From the NCBI GenBank assembly GCA_943704415.1, contig CALSCO010001604.1, positions 1 to 34,111 of the forward strand: a DNA stretch of 34,111 nucleotides, read 5' to 3'. This document shows positions 31,913 to 34,111 of the stretch, piece after piece (position 1 is the stretch's first letter; every line of letters begins with the position of its first letter). Source of the stretch: Parvularia atlantis. Lineage: Eukaryota. Both the position numbers and the translations under genes were made by a program. The notes beneath the pieces were generated by a model. That model was not told the origin of the DNA, did not search any database, and worked only from the letters and a program-made list of their open reading frames with translations.

Positions 31913-33923
31913 TCAGTACGCGAGCGCGCTGGCCCCGGCGCCGCGGCGCTGGCGCTCCTTGCGCGAGCGCGACGTCTTCGGGTTCTTCTGCGGAACGAGC
32001 GCGCCGCGTGTGAACGATGGCCATCGTGCGAGAGTGCGCGCAGACACACGCGTGACGCCTTGCTGCCCTCGTCCTTCTGCTGCCAGTACATCGTCTCGGC
32101 GTCGACCACGGCGGGCGCGTCGGCTGCGGCCACCGAGCCACCCGTCGCACGTCCCTCGCGCGAGCTCGGCGACGTCGCGCGCGTGCCCTGCTGCGGCACG
32201 GCGGTCCGGCCCGCGTCGGCGGCGGCCCTCGCGACCTGGTGATCGGGTGGTCAGCCAGCCGTGCAGCCGCAGCGAGGCGTGCACGCATGAACGCACCGCG
32301 CTGTACGACGGGCGCGGCATCGCCGGTGCGCCACGGCCCGCCGCGTCGTCGGCAAAGCTTGAGACGCTCTGCACGTCAAAGTCCTCGGGCTCGTCGCCGA
32401 GCATGCTGAACTGCTCGCTCGACGCCTCCTCGGCCGCCGACAGCGCGTGGAACGAGTCGGTCGTGGGCGTGCGCGTGCCGACGGGCGCAGCCGCCGCGGC
32501 ACCGGCGGCCTGCACGGCGGGCTGCGGCGCGGCGGCGGCACTGTCCATCATCTGCACACATGCGTCAGCAGCGAAGCGAGCGGCACAAGCACGCACGTCC
32601 GCGCCGACGACGTCCCACTCGTCCTCGTCCTCCTTGGCGCGCTCGGGCGCCGCGGCAGCGGGCGAGGGCGCAGCAGCGGGCGCGGGCGCCGCAGCAGGCT
32701 CAGCGGCCGCACGCGCGCCCGGTAGGAGCGCAAGCGCCGCAGCCGACACGGCGACCCAGGCGGCCGAGGCCTGCTCGACGAAGCTCGCCGGCCGTGCGGG
32801 CGCGTCGGCCCTGCCGGCCATCGACGCGGCCACGAACGCGTCGATCTCGGCCTCGTCGGGCACGCGGCCCGTCGGGCTGGTCAACTGCGCACGCGGGAGT
32901 GGCGGAAAGTCGGCACTGACGGCCTCGGGCTCTGGCACGACGTTGTCCTGGCGAGCGCACGCGTGCAAGTCAGCACGGGCGAGCGGGCTGCGAACGACGC
33001 ACGTTGCTGCCCTCGGGCACGGTCACGGCCGACAGCGCATCGGCGGCGCAGTCGACATCGCCCTCGCACTCGTCCAGCACCATCTCGATGACCTGCAGGT
33101 CGATGTGCGGGAAGCACGCCGCGAGCTCGTCGACCGGCGTCGGCACGTGCTGATCGCTGGCCTCGTGCAGCGCGTCCTCCACCTCGTCCTCGTCGTCGTC
33201 GTCGACACGCGCGGCCAGCACGGTGCGCGCCGCCTGCGCGTGTGCGCTCGGTGAGCACTGCGCGTGCCACGTGTCACGCCGCGCACCTCGGTGTTGTCGA
33301 TGCGCTCGAACGACAGCTTCGGCAGGCCCTTGCGGTTGGTCTTCTTCACGTTGGTGGCAGAGCGGCCCCCGTGCCAGCGCGCGGGCGGCGGCGCGACGTA
33401 GCCCGGCTGGTCAGGCTGCGGCTTGTGCGGGACGCGGCGCACGGCGGGCACGTGCGGCTGCTTGGCGCGGTAGGTCGGCGGCAGGTCCTTCTTGAGCATC
33501 TGGCGCGCCTGCAGCGTGAGCGCGTTCTCGTAGGCGCGCGCCTGCGTCGATCACGTCGTCAGCCGTCGGTCGCCGCGGCGTCACACGTCACCGCGACGCG
33601 CCTTGTCAAAGTCGCTTGTGCCGCCGAAGCCGCCGCGGGCCTGGAGGTACGCGAGCACGTCGAGATGGCCGCACAGCGCCGCCTGGACGCGCCGCACCGG
33701 CATCATCAGCAGCGGCGGCGGCAACGCGCGGGCGACACGACGTCCGCACATAGTAGGCCGGCGTGTTGCCCATCGGGTCGCGCACGTTGACGTGGAGGCC
33801 GGCCTGGACGAGGTAGAAGCGGGTCATGAGCAGGTCGCCGCTGCGCACGGCCTCGAACAGCTGCTCGTAGCGTCCGACATCATCGGTGAAGGACGGCGGC
33901 GCGCGCTGCTTGACGTCGGTCAT
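31913..33923 (-). CDS. Uncharacterised protein: ABTB1-like N-terminal ankyrin repeats, CUE domain and acidic LIR-like motifs (8 exons)
   Basis: LFEAVRSGDL..VNVRDPMGNTPAYYAALCGHLDVLAYL..FDKARAYENAL (ankyrin) and VDELAACFPHIDLQVIEMVLDECEGDVDCAADAL (CUE FP motif). One GC-AG intron (33542-33601). Confidence 0.75.
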
Positions 33924-34111
33924 CGGCGCGGTCGTGGGCGGCGGGCGGCGGGGTGACGGCGACAGCGGCTGACGTGGCGTCGGCGGCTACTCTGCGGCGT
34001 CGCGTCAACCACGGAACGGCGCAAGAGCGGCGCAAAGCGAAGGGCGATCGTCATCTGCAACGACGTGCGGCGCCGCGTGTGCCGGCGCGCGCGAGCTGTG
34101 CTGACGACCCT

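Noticed and set aside
31990..32060. Additional GC donor (AAG|GCGTCA) in the last intron of the ankyrin-CUE gene
   Set aside because: An in-phase GT donor (CGC|GTGTGT) lies 9 nt downstream and fits the consensus better, so this site was not counted.
1..34111. Introner-like mobile introns, U12-type introns or a variant genetic code
   Set aside because: Introns share only splice signals, not internal sequence. No RTATCCTT donors were found. All genes splice into open frames under the standard code.

Overview
This is gene-dense, very GC-rich eukaryotic nuclear DNA. I manually spliced 13 essentially complete protein-coding genes and the first exon of a 14th. They are interrupted by about 117 short spliceosomal introns (mostly 45-75 nt; donor usually GTGCG(C/T), branch CTVAY close to a CAG acceptor), so most entries in the ORF track are exon fragments or GC-driven artefacts. 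Gene order: Sey1/RHD3-like first exon (-), organellar-type TyrRS (-), divergent cyclin (-), PRCC-like (+), COG6 (-), SNF5/SMARCB1 (+), two-FHA Chk2/Rad53-type kinase (+), peptide deformylase (-), UAP56/Sub2 (+), phosducin-like (+), Spt23/Mga2-like (-), COG1 (-), Mid1-like (+), ankyrin-CUE protein (-). The mix of fungal-type and animal-type features suggests an early-branching opisthokont, possibly nucleariid-like (inference). The main highlights are: about 7% of introns appear to use GC donors, with an internal GT/GC paired control; the SNF5 seems to combine a SMARCB1-type winged-helix domain with yeast-like polyQ; the kinase has a duplicated FHA domain; the ankyrin-CUE protein carries several LIR-like motifs and is a candidate autophagy receptor; UAP56 has a single outsized intron; and a PDF with atypical motifs abuts the kinase with 0 bp between stop codons. 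All exon structures are hand-derived, with no RNA-seq or database support.
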